From positions 8,866,001 through 8,930,000 of the forward strand of contig NC_042999.1 of NCBI RefSeq assembly GCF_006345805.1: a stretch of DNA of 64,000 nucleotides, in the 5' to 3' direction. The notes below the pieces were generated by a model. The model did no database searches and was not told the origin of the DNA. It saw only the letters and a list, made by a program, of their open reading frames with translations. Numbering within the stretch: the stretch's first letter is position 1; every line of letters starts with the position of its first letter. Source of the DNA: Octopus sinensis (lineage: Eukaryota). Of this stretch, positions 52,138-64,000 are shown one piece after another. Position numbers and translations under genes: made by a program.

Positions 52138-52814
52138 ATAGGAGAAGGAAAGATCCCGAGAAGGGAAGACAGAGGAAAAAAATCGCCAGCGGTACTCACG
52201 AGGACACATATATATATATATAAAGAGAGGGAGAGACAGATAGATACATACACACATATGTAGATACATGTGTGTGTGTGTGTCTATACACGCATATATA
52301 TATATATATATATATAAAAGTATCTGTGTAGGCTATATGGATGTATATGTATATATGTATGTCGATAAATAAGGCTAGTGAATTGCAAATTTATTTTCCA
52401 TAACATGAATATAATTTGGTGTTTCGAACAATACTTCTGTATACTGAAATTCCGGATATGAATCTGATGCAGTAAATATCAAGTTGGCTGTACTAAGTGT
52501 AGACTGGAATATACCACAGCAGGAATCTGGGGAATATAGACTTAAGTGACAGACTTACAGAGACTGATATTGGAATCTAGAGTAATAGGAATATCTCATT
52601 AATACATTCTAGTTTGAATTAACATTTCAACAGACTCACGACTGATAAAAATGGATGCCAAACTGCTTCATCAGTCTGTATAAAAGTATGATAAAATCAA
52701 AGCGGAATTGAAGATTCTGTCTATGAGAAGACTATTCCATATTCAATGGAGTAAAACGAAACCATTGAGGAAGAAACACAAAAATCTTATTCCATTCTCT
52801 GGATTGATATATTA

Positions 52815-53212
52815 ATGGATGGATGGAAGCACTCCGTCGGTTACGACGATGAGGGTTCCGGTTGATCCGAATCAACGGAACAGCCTACTCGTGAAATTAA
52901 CGTGTAAGTGGCTGAGCACTCCACAGACACGTGTACCCTTAACGTAGTTCTCGAGGATATTTAGCGTGACACAGAGAGTGACAAGGCCAGCCCCTTGAAA
53001 TACAGGTACAAGAGAAACAGGAAGTAAAAGTGAGAGAAAGTTTGTGGTGAAAGAGTACAGCAGGGATCACCACCATCCCCTGCCGGAGCCTCGTGGAGCT
53101 TTTTTAGGTGTTTTCGCTCAATGAACACTCACAACGCCCGGTCTGGGAATCGAAACCGCGATCCTATGACCGCGAGTCCGCTGCCCTAACCACTGGGCCA
53201 TTGCGCTTCCAC
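52815..53212 (-). mobile_element. SINE family C1, full length
   Basis: Matches 27431-27818. Confidence 0.9.
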
Positions 53213-53412
53213 TGATATATTAATATATTAATTATCTCAGTTATATGTAATTGGCGCACGGAAATTATAAGAGTTCATTTATACATAGTAAAATACAGAT
53301 TTGCAGATTTAAAAATGTCGTTACCCGACGCGCGATTGTTTCTTCTTGATACAGACTGGTAAAACCAAAAGACATTCTGTTGGCTTTCAGTACAATATTA
53401 AAGAGCTGTGAC

Positions 53413-53775
53413 AGTGGTTGTGTGGTAAGTAGCTTGCTTAACAACCACATGGTTCCGGGTTCAGTCCCACCGCGTGGCACCTTGGGCAAGAGTCTTCTAC
53501 TATAGCCTCGGGCCGACCAAAGCCTGTTATATATATGTATATACATATATATGTACATGTGTGTATATGTTTGTGTGTCTGTGTTTGTCCCCCCAACATC
53601 ACTTGACAATCGATGCTGGTTTGTTTACGTCCACCGTAACTTAGTGGATTGGCAAAAGAGAGCAATAGAATAAGTACTAGGCTTGCAAAGAATAAGTCCT
53701 GGGGTCGATTTGCTCGACTAAAGGCGGTGCTCCAGCATGGCCGCAGTCAAATAACTGAAACACGTAAAAGAGAGT
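53413..53775 (+). mobile_element. SINE family B (internal deletion)
   Basis: Head and tail. Confidence 0.88.
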
Positions 53776-54139
53776 AAGGAGAACAGAGTAGACACTGCGT
53801 CGGTTACGACGACGAGCGCTCCAGTTGATTCGATCAACGGAACAGCCTGCTGTTTCTTTATAAACAGAAAATTCAAACAAAACGTATGCTCTATGATCAT
53901 CGTGGACATGAAAATTCGTTTTTTCCTAAAGGAACGTAAATGGTTAAATTTTTCTAACAATATGTAAATTTCGAAGCTTTTGTTTCCGAGTTTAAAAAAA
54001 ATGAATGATCTCGATAAAATATATACAACGTATGTTTGAACATATAATAACCAAGGGACATACAAAAAACTCTGTGTGTGTGTGTGTCAGTGTGTGTGTG
54101 TGTGTGTGTGTTGTGTGTGTGTGTGAGTGGTGTGTGTTA

Positions 54140-54170
<31 letters not shown>

Positions 54171-54274
54171 CCGGTGTAAACACATAAATGTGAAACAAGG
54201 TGGAAAAAAGAGTACTCAAATACCAGTGATAGAGTAATATGCTTTATTTAAAGCAGTAGAAAATTCAACAAAAC

Positions 54275-54312
54275 CTGTTACTCTGAGTTTCCCGTTGCCG
54301 TTCGTCGGACAG
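54275..54312 (-). ncRNA. Minimal HHR (CCGACGA variant) with GNRA loop II
   Basis: CTGT-CCGACGA-ACG-GCAA-CGG-GAAAC-TCAGA-GTA-ACAG; first helix II pair is mismatched; ACTC-A-GAGT near-palindrome. Confidence 0.6.
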
Positions 54313-54361
54313 TTTTTGCGATGCGGTCACAGGAGTGTGACGAAAGAACTCTGGCCGAAAT

Positions 54362-54533
54362 AAGATTAAGATTAATGTAAAAAATAAATAACACTGAAGC
54401 AAAGTAACACCGAATATATAGTGCGTGTGATTTTATTGGCTAAACTGGCAAAATGACCATTCCGAAATATAACAATATCTGTTTCAACACACGACTTCAC
54501 ATAAAAAATCTTGCACAACAAATATATAACGTA
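54362..54533. mobile_element. Non-folded copy of the 32585 family
   Basis: Near-identical to the reverse complement of 32585-32730; ends in (TA)n. Confidence 0.7.
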
Positions 54534-54546
54534 TATATATAGATAG

Positions 54547-54610
<64 letters not shown>

Positions 54611-55486
54611 TATATATTATATATATATATATATATATAGGTACATACACACATACACACAGATACACGCACAGCTGTATATAGGTGTGGGCGTGTATGT
54701 ATGCACGCCTTTATCGCTTTTGTGTTGAAAAACTGAAATAGACACGTTAAGTACATTAACACTCATATATATACATACATCCACACTCGACCCCCCCCCC
54801 AACAAATACTCACCCCACCACACACACACACAGACAAGTAGCTATACACATATGCCTGTGTACGTGCGTTTGTGTATGTGCGCGCATGTGTAATTCATCC
54901 GATGACTCACTATAGTTTACAACTGTCAACAGATATTCGGATGAGTCCCTGCAACTGACAGAACCAATTAGCAATTGATATCAATGAACAAAAACATAAA
55001 ATCGGAAAAGTAGAAAAATTCTCGGCCGTTTAAATTACTCCGCAGCATTTTTTAATAAAGAGGAAATAAATTTCGCTATTTATCAATAAATAATTCGTTT
55101 TTATTTATTAGGTTCAATGACATATATTATCTGAATGCATTAATCATTGTCTTGATCTATATATATTATTTATTGGTACACATTTTAGGAGAACAGTGTA
55201 AATATAACTAGTTCGATATTAGAAAATTAGAACGTCAAGTGTAGTAATTATTGTAAAACATTCAATTTTTCTAAGTTTTGTTAACGGTAATGTTTCACGA
55301 CATCTCACCATATTTAATTTTTAAGCAAAACGATAAATAAAATTATATTAAAATAACTTTCAACGTATGAGAATGAAAGGTTTTAAGAAAAAGTTTGGTG
55401 GCCACACATTTAGACTTTAATCAATAAACTATAGTGTAGGGCCTCATTTTTTGAAGAGGAATGTTATACTCTATATTTCATTATTT

Positions 55487-55893
55487 AAAGGCGGCAACCT
55501 GGTAGAAACGTTAGCGAACCGGACGAAATGCTTAGCAGTATTTCGTCTGTCTTTATGTTCTGAGTTCGAATTCCTCCGAGGTCGACTATGCCTTTCATGC
55601 TTTCGTGGTTGATTAAATAAGTACCAGTTACGCACTGGGGTCGAAATAATCGACTTAATCCGTTTGTCTGTCCTTGTTTGTTCCCTCTGTGTTTAGCCCC
55701 TTGTGGGTAGTAGAGAAATAGGTAGTTCGTCTGTCTTTAGGTTCTGAGTTCAAATTCCGCCAAGGTCGACTTTGCCTTTCATCCTTTCGGGGTCGATAAA
55801 TTAAGTACCAGTTGCGTACTGGGGTCGATATAATCGATAGGCGTCACCTCCCCAAAAATTTCGGGCCTTGTGCCTAGAATAGAAAAGAATTTA
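55487..55893 (+). mobile_element. SINE family A dimer (tail 1, then tail 2)
   Basis: Two units. Confidence 0.88.
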
Positions 55894-55939
55894 CCCGTTT
55901 CTTCCAAATGTAATACATTTATATCTTCCGTGGTGTTAT

Positions 55940-56215
55940 GAGCCTGGCTGTGTTGTAAGGAAGGATCAGAAGTGAGGGAGTAAGCTTGTCCTGTCGGAAG
56001 TGGGGCCTGCGGATCCCACCGGAAGTGCCGCGGTGGACATGCGGCATTCAAGGAAGCAAGAGGGTCAGTCGCCGCTGAACAGCCCATGAAGGCGGACGTG
56101 TGAGAAGGTAGAGCATCGGATAGCGCACGTGGACGTGGAGTGAACCTCGGAGATCGTGAGAGAACGTGGATGTTGAAAGTGACCCTTTCTCCGGACCGAC
56201 AGGTAAGACTACCGT
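55940..56215 (+). promoter_or_regulatory. GC/CpG-rich island with two ETS-type motifs and a splice donor
   Basis: TCGGAAGTG 55994-56002, CCGGAAGTG 56019-56027, CAG|GTAAGA at 56202/56203. Could instead be an LTR fragment. Confidence 0.3.
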
Positions 56216-56793
56216 AATTCTCTCTTCGCTCCTGTCTTTTTTTTCTTCCTTTACATCACATCTTCACGTGAAAAAAAGCCTCAATGCAAAATTATTCATC
56301 GCTGTTCAAACACTCCACAATTCTGCCTACGCTAATGAAATTAAGATCTGACAAAATTTACCAAAATGATTTCTCGCAGCTAAAACATGTTTATAGATAG
56401 AAGCAACATTTTTGTCAAATATTACAATTTAATCTTTTACCGTGAGATTTGATATTGATCATTTTTAAAGTACAAGAACATTTCTAAACATCAAGTGTCG
56501 TTTTTATATTTCATTCTCAAATAAAGATGATATTTATAGAAGCTACTTAATAAAATTCTTCATATCTTTGGGTCAAATATAATATTGCACTTCTTCAATT
56601 CTTCTCTGTCGATTTAGATTAAAGTTTATTTGTAACAAGATTGAAATTAAAAATGTCAATAACAGGAGCATAAAACAGAACGAATTACGCCGTGATTTAA
56701 TTGTAAAGTTAATAATATTTGAATTACCAATATTTTATCGAGTTACAATTGCAATCTCTGCAGTGTTAACCCATTTGACGTAGCACGCTCAAG

Positions 56794-57160
56794 TGGAGGC
56801 GCAATGGCCCAATGGTTAGGGTAGCGGACTCGCGGTTTCGATTCCCAGACCGGGCATTGTGTGTGTTTATTGAGCGAAAACACCTAAAATTCCACGGGGC
56901 TCCAGCAGGGAGTGGTGGCGACCCCTGTTGTACTCTTTCGCTCTAACTTTCTCTCACTCTTTCTTCCTGTTTCTTGTCCCCGACTTCCTACGCAACCGCT
57001 GAGCCTGGATGCGCCTTCATCCATCCGTCGATGCTCTCGGTGATGGGGGTTAACCTGCTTTCTCTTCTGCGGGTCTTACGAATAGCAAAAGGACCACGTT
57101 TCGGACTTCTCCCACAAAGATGGGACGAAGACCGCTTCGCTCAACAGCAACAGCAAAAGC
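56794..57160 (+). mobile_element. SINE family C head with body variant 3
   Basis: C head to CTTCCTGTTTC, then an unrelated 3' body. Confidence 0.75.
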
Positions 57161-57751
57161 AGTAGCACGCTCAATTCGCACTGCTGATTTTGGTTGTTAG
57201 TAATTCACCCATGACTTGGGTTCATAAAGAGGTCAAGAAATCACCAACTACTGGTATTGCTACACGTGAATGAATGGTATTTACTATACATGATGTATGG
57301 CCATATGCCGGCAACAGAGAAGACACCAGCAATGCAAGAGTCTTCATACGACAGCCATAAATGTTATGAAAAAGATTAACAAATTCTTTTCGCAGCAGAT
57401 AGATACAAGGTTGCCGCTATTTTCCCTATTGTTGAGTCCCTATTATGACCTTATTTCGTAGATATGTGACCAAACGTATTACAGTTGTAAAAAAAGCCGT
57501 TTGAATTTTGGGCGTAAATTTAAATCTAGTGATAAGCTTCTGTGAAATGCCGCGTTAGATGAAGTCGTACTAAAATATGCTTTAGAATAGAAACCTATCA
57601 CTCTCATGGGCATATTTTATTGTTAAAGTTTTATTTGTATTAACATCCAATCCTTTATGGAAATTGTCATCTGGCGGCTGTCATGATTCGGCGTAAAACA
57701 AATCAGTTACATCGCAGAATTCAGCGTGACGGATTGGGACTCTCCATCATA

Positions 57752-58136
57752 GTTGGATTGGAAGCACTCTGTCGGTTACGACGACGAGGGTTCCGGTTGA
57801 TCCGAATCAACGGAACAGCCTGCTCGTGAAATTAACGTGTAAGTGGCTGAGCACTCCACAGACACGTGTACCCTTAACGTAGTTCTCGGGGATATTCAGC
57901 GTGACACAGAGAGTGACAAGGTCGGCCCTTTGAAATACAGGTACAACAGAAACAGGAAGTAAGAGTAAGTTGTAGTGAAAGAGTACAGCAGGGATCACCA
58001 CCATTCCCTGCCGGAGCCTCGTGGAGCTTTTAGGTGTTTTCGCTCAATAAACACTCACAACGCCCGGTCTGGGAATCGAAACCGCGATCCTACGACCGCA
58101 AGTCCGCTGCCCTAACCACTGGGCCATTGCGCCTCC
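57752..58136 (-). mobile_element. SINE family C1, full length
   Basis: Matches 27431-27818. Confidence 0.9.
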
Positions 58137-58496
58137 ACCCATCATAGTAACGTGTGCCGAGGAAGGTGAGGCAGTAATACCAGTGCAGAAACCGGTCCAC
58201 ATGAGTACAAATACTTGAATGTATGCCGAGAGATTGTCTTAGCCTGTTTGCCTTCGGACGGTTGATTTTTGTAATTATTATCAGTGTATTTTGGCGATTT
58301 AAAGAGTTATTTCCAGCAGGTAGAGATACTCAGTATGGCCTTTGATTAATTTCAATCCTTCAGCAATTTAATGCTTTTTGGGGGACCTGCAATTGCCTAT
58401 ATTATTGATTCTGTTATTATCATTTTTAATTGTTACTCTAGATAATAATAGAGTCAATAATATCTTTGCAAATATTTTTCCTGAATTATTTGCTCC

Positions 58497-58534
<38 letters not shown>

Positions 58535-59090
58535 GAGTGAGAGAGCAGTTCATGCCATCAAAGTGACACTGGGGTAAAATATACGAAGCCCAATATACCC
58601 ATCATGACTACCCGTCTGATAAAGGTACACCGGGCACATGCATCACAACCATATGTGCGCGACATGGTGATCTCATATCAAGATAAACAGCACATGACCT
58701 TGCAGGTGGGGCCCAGTTAGAATTTTCTTCAGGTTGAGTAGCCCATCCCGCTCAAAAGGTTCCTGAATAAGGGTTGTTTAAGGACGTTGAACGAAACACC
58801 CATGTTTCCAGAGGTGAATTATTCAAACCCCAAAGAATCCCTCTCAACACATGGCTATGATGACCCCCCGCCACTACTTCTGCTTGTGATCAGAGATGCA
58901 CATATCGTCAGCCACTAAGGGACATGCTCAACTGGTTAAGGTCAAACAACTGACAACCAAATCTGTGGTATTGAGCAGAATATTTGCTGTAGCCCATCTT
59001 TTATACCAAGACAAACAATGTACATGATAACACTTCCAATCAGTTAAGATCAGAAGCCATGAGAGCCACTGCCCGGTACTGCATCAGGGC

Positions 59091-59092
<2 letters not shown>
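58535..59092. mobile_element. About 560-bp non-coding insertion within (TAT)n
   Basis: Sharp boundaries, GC higher than flanks, (TAT)n on both sides, no ORF; single copy in the window. Confidence 0.55.
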
Positions 59093-59153
<61 letters not shown>

Positions 59154-62100
59154 GTAGTTTTATTTTTATTTTTATAGCGTGCTTTCACTTCACTACCGAG
59201 CGCAGCTCTGTGTGCCTTGGGTATGTGCTGTGATTTGTTGTGATGCTCTGATGGTTATTGTATGGAAAGTGTTCTGCGTAGGATGTGTGCAGTGCCTAGT
59301 AGTGCAATTTTCTGTATGTTATATGTGTTTGTAAGTCCTGGTGTTTTTGTTATGTATTTGTCTGAATATTTTTTTATCATGCCTAATGCACCTACTATGA
59401 TAGGAATTGTTTCTGTTTTCAGATTCCACATTCTAGTTACCTCTATTTCCAGGTCTTTGTATTTTGAGAGTTTCTCCATTTCTTTTAGAGACACGTTCTC
59501 ATCTGCCGGTACTGATACATCAATTAGAAAGCATTTTTTTTCTTCATGGTCTCTGACAACTATATCTGGTCTGTTGGCCTAATTTCTCTATCTGTGTGTA
59601 TCGGCATATCCCAGAGTATGGTTGCTTTCTCGTTTTCTGTGACCTTTTCTGGTGTGTGCCTATACCATCTTTTTTCTGTTGTTATTCCATAATGTTGGCA
59701 TAGCTTCCAATGTATGTAAGTTCCAACTCTGTCATGTCTGCGAATATATTCCTTCTTAGCCAGGACTGGGCAGCTAGAGATAATATGATTTATTGTTTCT
59801 TGTCCATCTCCACATATTCTGCAGTTACTTGTAATATTTCTTTTCATTACGTCTTTGGTAATTTCTGGTGGGGAGGCTTTGGTCTTGTGCTGCAATTAAA
59901 AATCCCTCTGTTTCTGCTTTGAGTCCTGAGCTTCTCAACCATTGCTGGGATTTTTCTTTGTCTATTTCTTTTGCGTTTAGTTTAGTCCAGTATTTACCAT
60001 GAAGGGGCTTTTCTTGCCATCGTTTTATCATAGTTCGTTGCTGTTCTATTTTTAGTTTGGATTTCATTTTTTTTATAGCTTTTGTTGTTTCTTCATCTTC
60101 TTCTTCTTCTTCATGTTTATTAGGTGGTATGATTTCTTGTTTGTATTTGTCAGCTTCCTTAAATACTGAGAACAGTTTTTTGTTTTGCTCGTGTTTTGCC
60201 GCTATCTGGATCAGTTTTCCTTCCTTCTGAAGTAGATATTTTTGCAGTCCTATGGTGGTTATTTTATAGTAGTTTTCCAGCTGTATAAGGCCTCTACCAC
60301 CTTCTATACGTTGTATATATAGTCTTTCTATGTCAGATTTTGGGTGATGCATCCTAGATCCTGTCATTATTTTTCTTGTTTTCCTGTCTATTTTGGTCAG
60401 TTCATTTCGTGTCCAGTTAAGGATATTGTAGCTGTAACTTATAACTGGGACAGCTAAAGTGTTGATACCTATTATCTTGTTTTTAGCATTGAGCTCTGTG
60501 TTTAGTATTGATCTAACTCGTTTATAATATTCTTTTTTTATTTTCTCTTTCATTTGTGTGTGTTGTGTCTTATCTAGTTCATGGATTCCTAAGTATTTGT
60601 AAGTTTGGCTTTGGTCTAATTCTTTTATTTCAATTGCTTCATCTAGTGTGATGTTGTTACTCTTAACTAGTTTTCCTCTTTTCATGGTTACTTTGGCGCA
60701 TTTTTCTAATCCAAATTTCATATCTATTTCTTTGGTAAATCCATGAACTGTCTTTAATAGTGTTTCCAGCTGTTTGTCATTTGCAGCGTATAGTTTTAGG
60801 TCATCCATATATAAAAGGTGGCTGATCGTTTTGCCGTAACATTTATATCCGCATCTAGTTCTATTTAGCATATCAGATAGAGGTGACAGTGCCAAGCAGA
60901 AAAGGAGTGGAGAGAGCGTATCTCCCTGGAATATTCCTCTTCTAATGGGGATGTCTTTGGTTTTCATGAGTCCTTCTTTTGTTTGGAGGTGTAGGACTGT
61001 TTGCCATTTATTCATAGAGTGCTCTATGAATTTTATGATTGTTGGTGCTACTTTGTTAATGGCTAGTGTTTCGAGGATCCATGTGTGGGGGATGCTATCA
61101 AACGCCTTTTTGTAGTCAATCCAGGCCATACTGAGGCCTTTCTTCTTTCTGTGGCTGTCTTCAGTTATGGCTTTATTAATCATTAGTTGATCTTTACAGC
61201 CATATGAGCCTTTGCGGCATCCTTTCTGCTCTTCTGGGAACAGTTTGTTTTCGTCCAGGTGCTTGTTCAGCCTTTGTGATATCACTGCAGTAAATGCCTT
61301 GAACATAGTAGGGAGGCAGGTTATTGGTCTGTAGTTTTCTGGTTTTTCTGTTTTATTTGATTTGGGAATTAAGATGGTTTTCCCCTTCGTGAGCCATTCA
61401 GGCATTGTCTCTGGCTCTGCTAGTACGTTGTTAAAGTTTTCAGCCAGCTTTTTGTGCATTCCTGTTAGATATTTCAACCAGAAGTTGGGGATCTTGTCAT
61501 GCCCAGGTGCCTTCCAGTTGCTTAGTCTTTTCAGTGCCTGGGTGACCTCTTCAGTTGTTATGGGGGTCCAAATTTGTTCAGATGCCGAGTTTGTTATTTT
61601 GATACTCCTTTTTTTTGGTGGTTCGTTCGCCGACCATATTTCTCCCCAGAATTCTTCTAATTCTTCTGCCGTTGGTGCTGCAGTGACTTCTATTTTATTT
61701 TTGCCCAGTTCTTGGTAGAACTTTTTGGGGTTGGAGTTGAACTTTTTGTTTTCTTCAAAGAAGCGTTGGCGTTTCTTGTACCGGCGGATCCCTTGTGCTT
61801 TGGCAAGGATATCTTGCTTCAGCTTTTCTTTTATTTCAGGCAAATCTTTTTCTGTGATGTTATATTTGCGGAGTATTTTTGTTCTCTTTTTGTTGCTCAG
61901 TAGCGTTGATTCTTTGCTGATTTCATTAAGAATCGACAGGTCTTTTCTATTTTTTTTATTTTGCTTTGGATGTTATTTATCCACAGGGTTTGTTTGGGTG
62001 GTGGTACTCCTGTTTGGGCGGGTTTGGGTGAGTATCCAGCTTCTTTTGTGGCTGCAGTGGCTGCTGCGTATATTAGGTTATTTAGCTCAGTGATATCACT

Positions 62101-63143
62101 TTTTTTTGATTCAGTGGCTATCAGTTCAGTGACGGCTAGGTTTATGCTGTTTATAATAGGTGTTGTTATTTCGTTTTTTTTTATTCTTGGGAGGTATGGT
62201 CGGTGGTCCATTTTGAGCTCTGTGGTTTTCAGTTCTTTGATTATTTTATTTTTTATATTATCATAATCATTAGGCTCCCCTTCGTTGTTTACATCGTGTT
62301 TGTTGGGAATGTTGCGTTTGTCTTCGTGTTTTACAGTTTCAGTGTTTATATTATTGGGCATTGTTGTGTGGCTTCTATCTACATTTTCCTGGTGTATGTT
62401 TTCTTTTAGGTGTTCTATTTCTATTTCTGATATTTTTTGTGTTGAGAATGTATCTTCGTACGTTAGCTAATTTATTAGGGTTCATTGCTGTATCCAAGTC
62501 TAAATCTCTATTATTTTCCTTCCATATTTTATATGTATGTGTTGTTGTATTTTCATTTTTTGGGTAGAGTACTGCTGTGAAGTATGCGTGTAAGATTGAA
62601 ATGTATTCCTCACGTGTCCATTTACGTCTTTTGGGTTTTATTTGCGGGACATGAGGTACAACGTCCGCCCATTATTTTGACGGTCGTCATTTTCGTAGGG
62701 TACCGGTCCGTTTATTTCTGTTGTCACATTATTTCGCACGTGTAGTTTTTCGTACATTTTTTGTTGTAGGTTTAATGTACGTACCGCTCGATTGTTATTC
62801 TTGGGTTGAATAGTATCGGTGGCATTTAATTTCTTCGTAGTTCCTTTGTACATGGTGTTTGAGGTCGGGGATGATCGTGTTGTTCCACGCATGTTTACAT
62901 GTGTTGCGTTAGAGGTGGAAATGATATCGAGTCAAAATACATCATTTCGTTTCGAAAATAGTAATAAATTTCAATTTGTATTACTTACTCGGATACAGTC
63001 CAATTCTTTGTTAGTAAAACTTTGGCTCCATAGGATGTCCTTGTTTTCGATGTTTGTGGATAGGTTTCGGAGCTCTGAATTTTCCTTCTTACATCTTAAA
63101 AGTCCCCCGGTGTTCTCTCTTAAAAGTCCCCCGGTGTTCTCTC

Positions 63144-63144
<1 letters not shown>
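59154..63144 (-). mobile_element. Near-full-length R4/Dong-clade non-LTR retrotransposon (RT + CCHC + restriction-like endonuclease) in (TAA)n
   Basis: Myb-like KWTREEY..AYF; RT motifs YRPITCL, EEQKGCRKG, WIDYKKAFDS, GIFQGDTLSPLLF, YMDD, YKYLG; C-x2-C-x8-H-x4-C; RPDIVV..IDVSVP..K..KY; (TAA)n on both flanks. Confidence 0.93.
59825..61843 (-). CDS. Reverse transcriptase, main ORF segment of the R4/Dong element
   Basis: 672-aa open frame containing all core RT motifs. Confidence 0.95.
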   Translation of the reverse strand: MPEIKEKLKQDILAKAQGIRRYKKRQRFFEENKKFNSNPKKFYQELGKNKIEVTAAPTAEELEEFWGEIWSANEPPKKRSIKITNSASEQIWTPITTEEVTQALKRLSNWKAPGHDKIPNFWLKYLTGMHKKLAENFNNVLAEPETMPEWLTKGKTILIPKSNKTEKPENYRPITCLPTMFKAFTAVISQRLNKHLDENKLFPEEQKGCRKGSYGCKDQLMINKAITEDSHRKKKGLSMAWIDYKKAFDSIPHTWILETLAINKVAPTIIKFIEHSMNKWQTVLHLQTKEGLMKTKDIPIRRGIFQGDTLSPLLFCLALSPLSDMLNRTRCGYKCYGKTISHLLYMDDLKLYAANDKQLETLLKTVHGFTKEIDMKFGLEKCAKVTMKRGKLVKSNNITLDEAIEIKELDQSQTYKYLGIHELDKTQHTQMKEKIKKEYYKRVRSILNTELNAKNKIIGINTLAVPVISYSYNILNWTRNELTKIDRKTRKIMTGSRMHHPKSDIERLYIQRIEGGRGLIQLENYYKITTIGLQKYLLQKEGKLIQIAAKHEQNKKLFSVFKEADKYKQEIIPPNKHEEEEEDEETTKAIKKMKSKLKIEQQRTMIKRWQEKPLHGKYWTKLNAKEIDKEKSQQWLRSSGLKAETEGFLIAAQDQSLPTRNYQRRNEKKYYK

Positions 63145-63193
<49 letters not shown>

Positions 63194-63195
<2 letters not shown>

Positions 63196-63385
63196 AGGCG
63201 GGGAGCTGGCAAACGTGGTATTTCGTCTGTCGCTACATTCTGAGTTCAAATTCGGCCGAGGTCGACTTTGCCTTTCATCCACTTGGGCTCGATAAAATAA
63301 GTACCAGTTGAACACTGGGGTCAATGTACTCAACTAGACCCCTCCCCTCCAAACTGCTGCTCTTGTAGCAAAATTTGAAACCATT
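63194..63385 (+). mobile_element. SINE family A (variant tail, (ATT)n)
   Basis: Core motif between TAT tracts. Confidence 0.8.
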
Positions 63386-63392
63386 ATTACTA

Positions 63393-63453
<61 letters not shown>

Positions 63454-63469
63454 TACTATTATTATTATT

Positions 63470-64000
63470 CTATGTTTGATTTTTGCTTTATGTCTGTACA
63501 AGTTGGCTCCAAGTCTCACCCAGAGACCTCAAAAGACAACAGGTTGGAAGTTCACGTTGTTGTTATGCCTAGTGTGCCATATATTTGGGGGAAGGGGTTG
63601 TGTTGTACTAGTGAATGTCTAATACATAAATTAAGAAAAAAAAGTTTGTTTTAAACCTTGGAATTACATAGAGAGTATTTTGCGTAGGATATGAGCAGTT
63701 CCCATGAGCACTACCTTTTGAATTTCTGCCATTTTGGGGTTTCCTGGTATCTGAGTTAGGTAGCAATCAGCCCCTTTCGCTATCATTCCCAGGGCACCTA
63801 TGACAACAGGTATTGTTTTAGTCTTCAGCTTCCACATTTTGCTGATTTCTATTTCAAGATCTTTATATTTGCTCAGTTTTTGGTAGGTCTTGACAGATAC
63901 GTTTATATCGATTGGGACAGTCATATCAATGAGGAGGCATGTTCTTTGTCTGAAGTCTTTCAATATGATGTCTGGCCTATTTGCATCTATCTTTCTGTCA
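63470..64000 (-). mobile_element. 3' end of a second, distinct R4/Dong element (continues beyond the window)
   Basis: LIDMTVP..KLSKYKDLEIEISKMWKLK..IPVVIGALG..GTAHILRKILSM*; different 3' UTR; (TAA)n tail. Confidence 0.9.

Noticed and set aside
52610-52682. CTGATGA-AGCAG..CTGTT-GAAATGTTA on the minus strand
   Set aside because: Helix II is plausible but there is no helix I and helix III is poor; at most a very old relic.
57075-57165. GAAACGTGGTC in SINE C3 (minus strand)
   Set aside because: The core reads CTGTTGA and helix I does not pair.
59262-63311. Plus-strand ORFs overlapping the Dong element
   Set aside because: Antisense shadows of the RT ORF with no independent motifs.

Overview
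AT-rich, microsatellite-saturated animal DNA. The SINE, LINE and microsatellite content points to a cephalopod (octopus-like) genome, which is inference. The window looks intronic or intergenic, with no complete host gene. It contains about 35 tRNA-derived SINE copies of five families, a near-full-length R4/Dong-clade LINE plus a second 3' end, RTE and CR1-like LINE fragments, two mariner relics, two Helitron-like HINE copies and a MITE-like foldback. There are also a few candidate exons, the best at 16025-16168 (-). The main signal was found by reading: about 12 type I hammerhead-ribozyme (HHR) motifs from about 8 sequence-unrelated families. Most sit in short non-coding elements inserted at (TA)n or (TG)n tracts, all have a palindromic or near-palindromic helix III, and several are built as foldbacks (an inverted copy of the 3' part, the element, then an unpaired tail). 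This matches Penelope-like element (PLE) pseudo-LTRs or non-LTR retrozymes; no autonomous PLE ORF is in the window. Structures were paired by eye, not computed. Frequent single-base losses in homopolymers suggest long-read errors.
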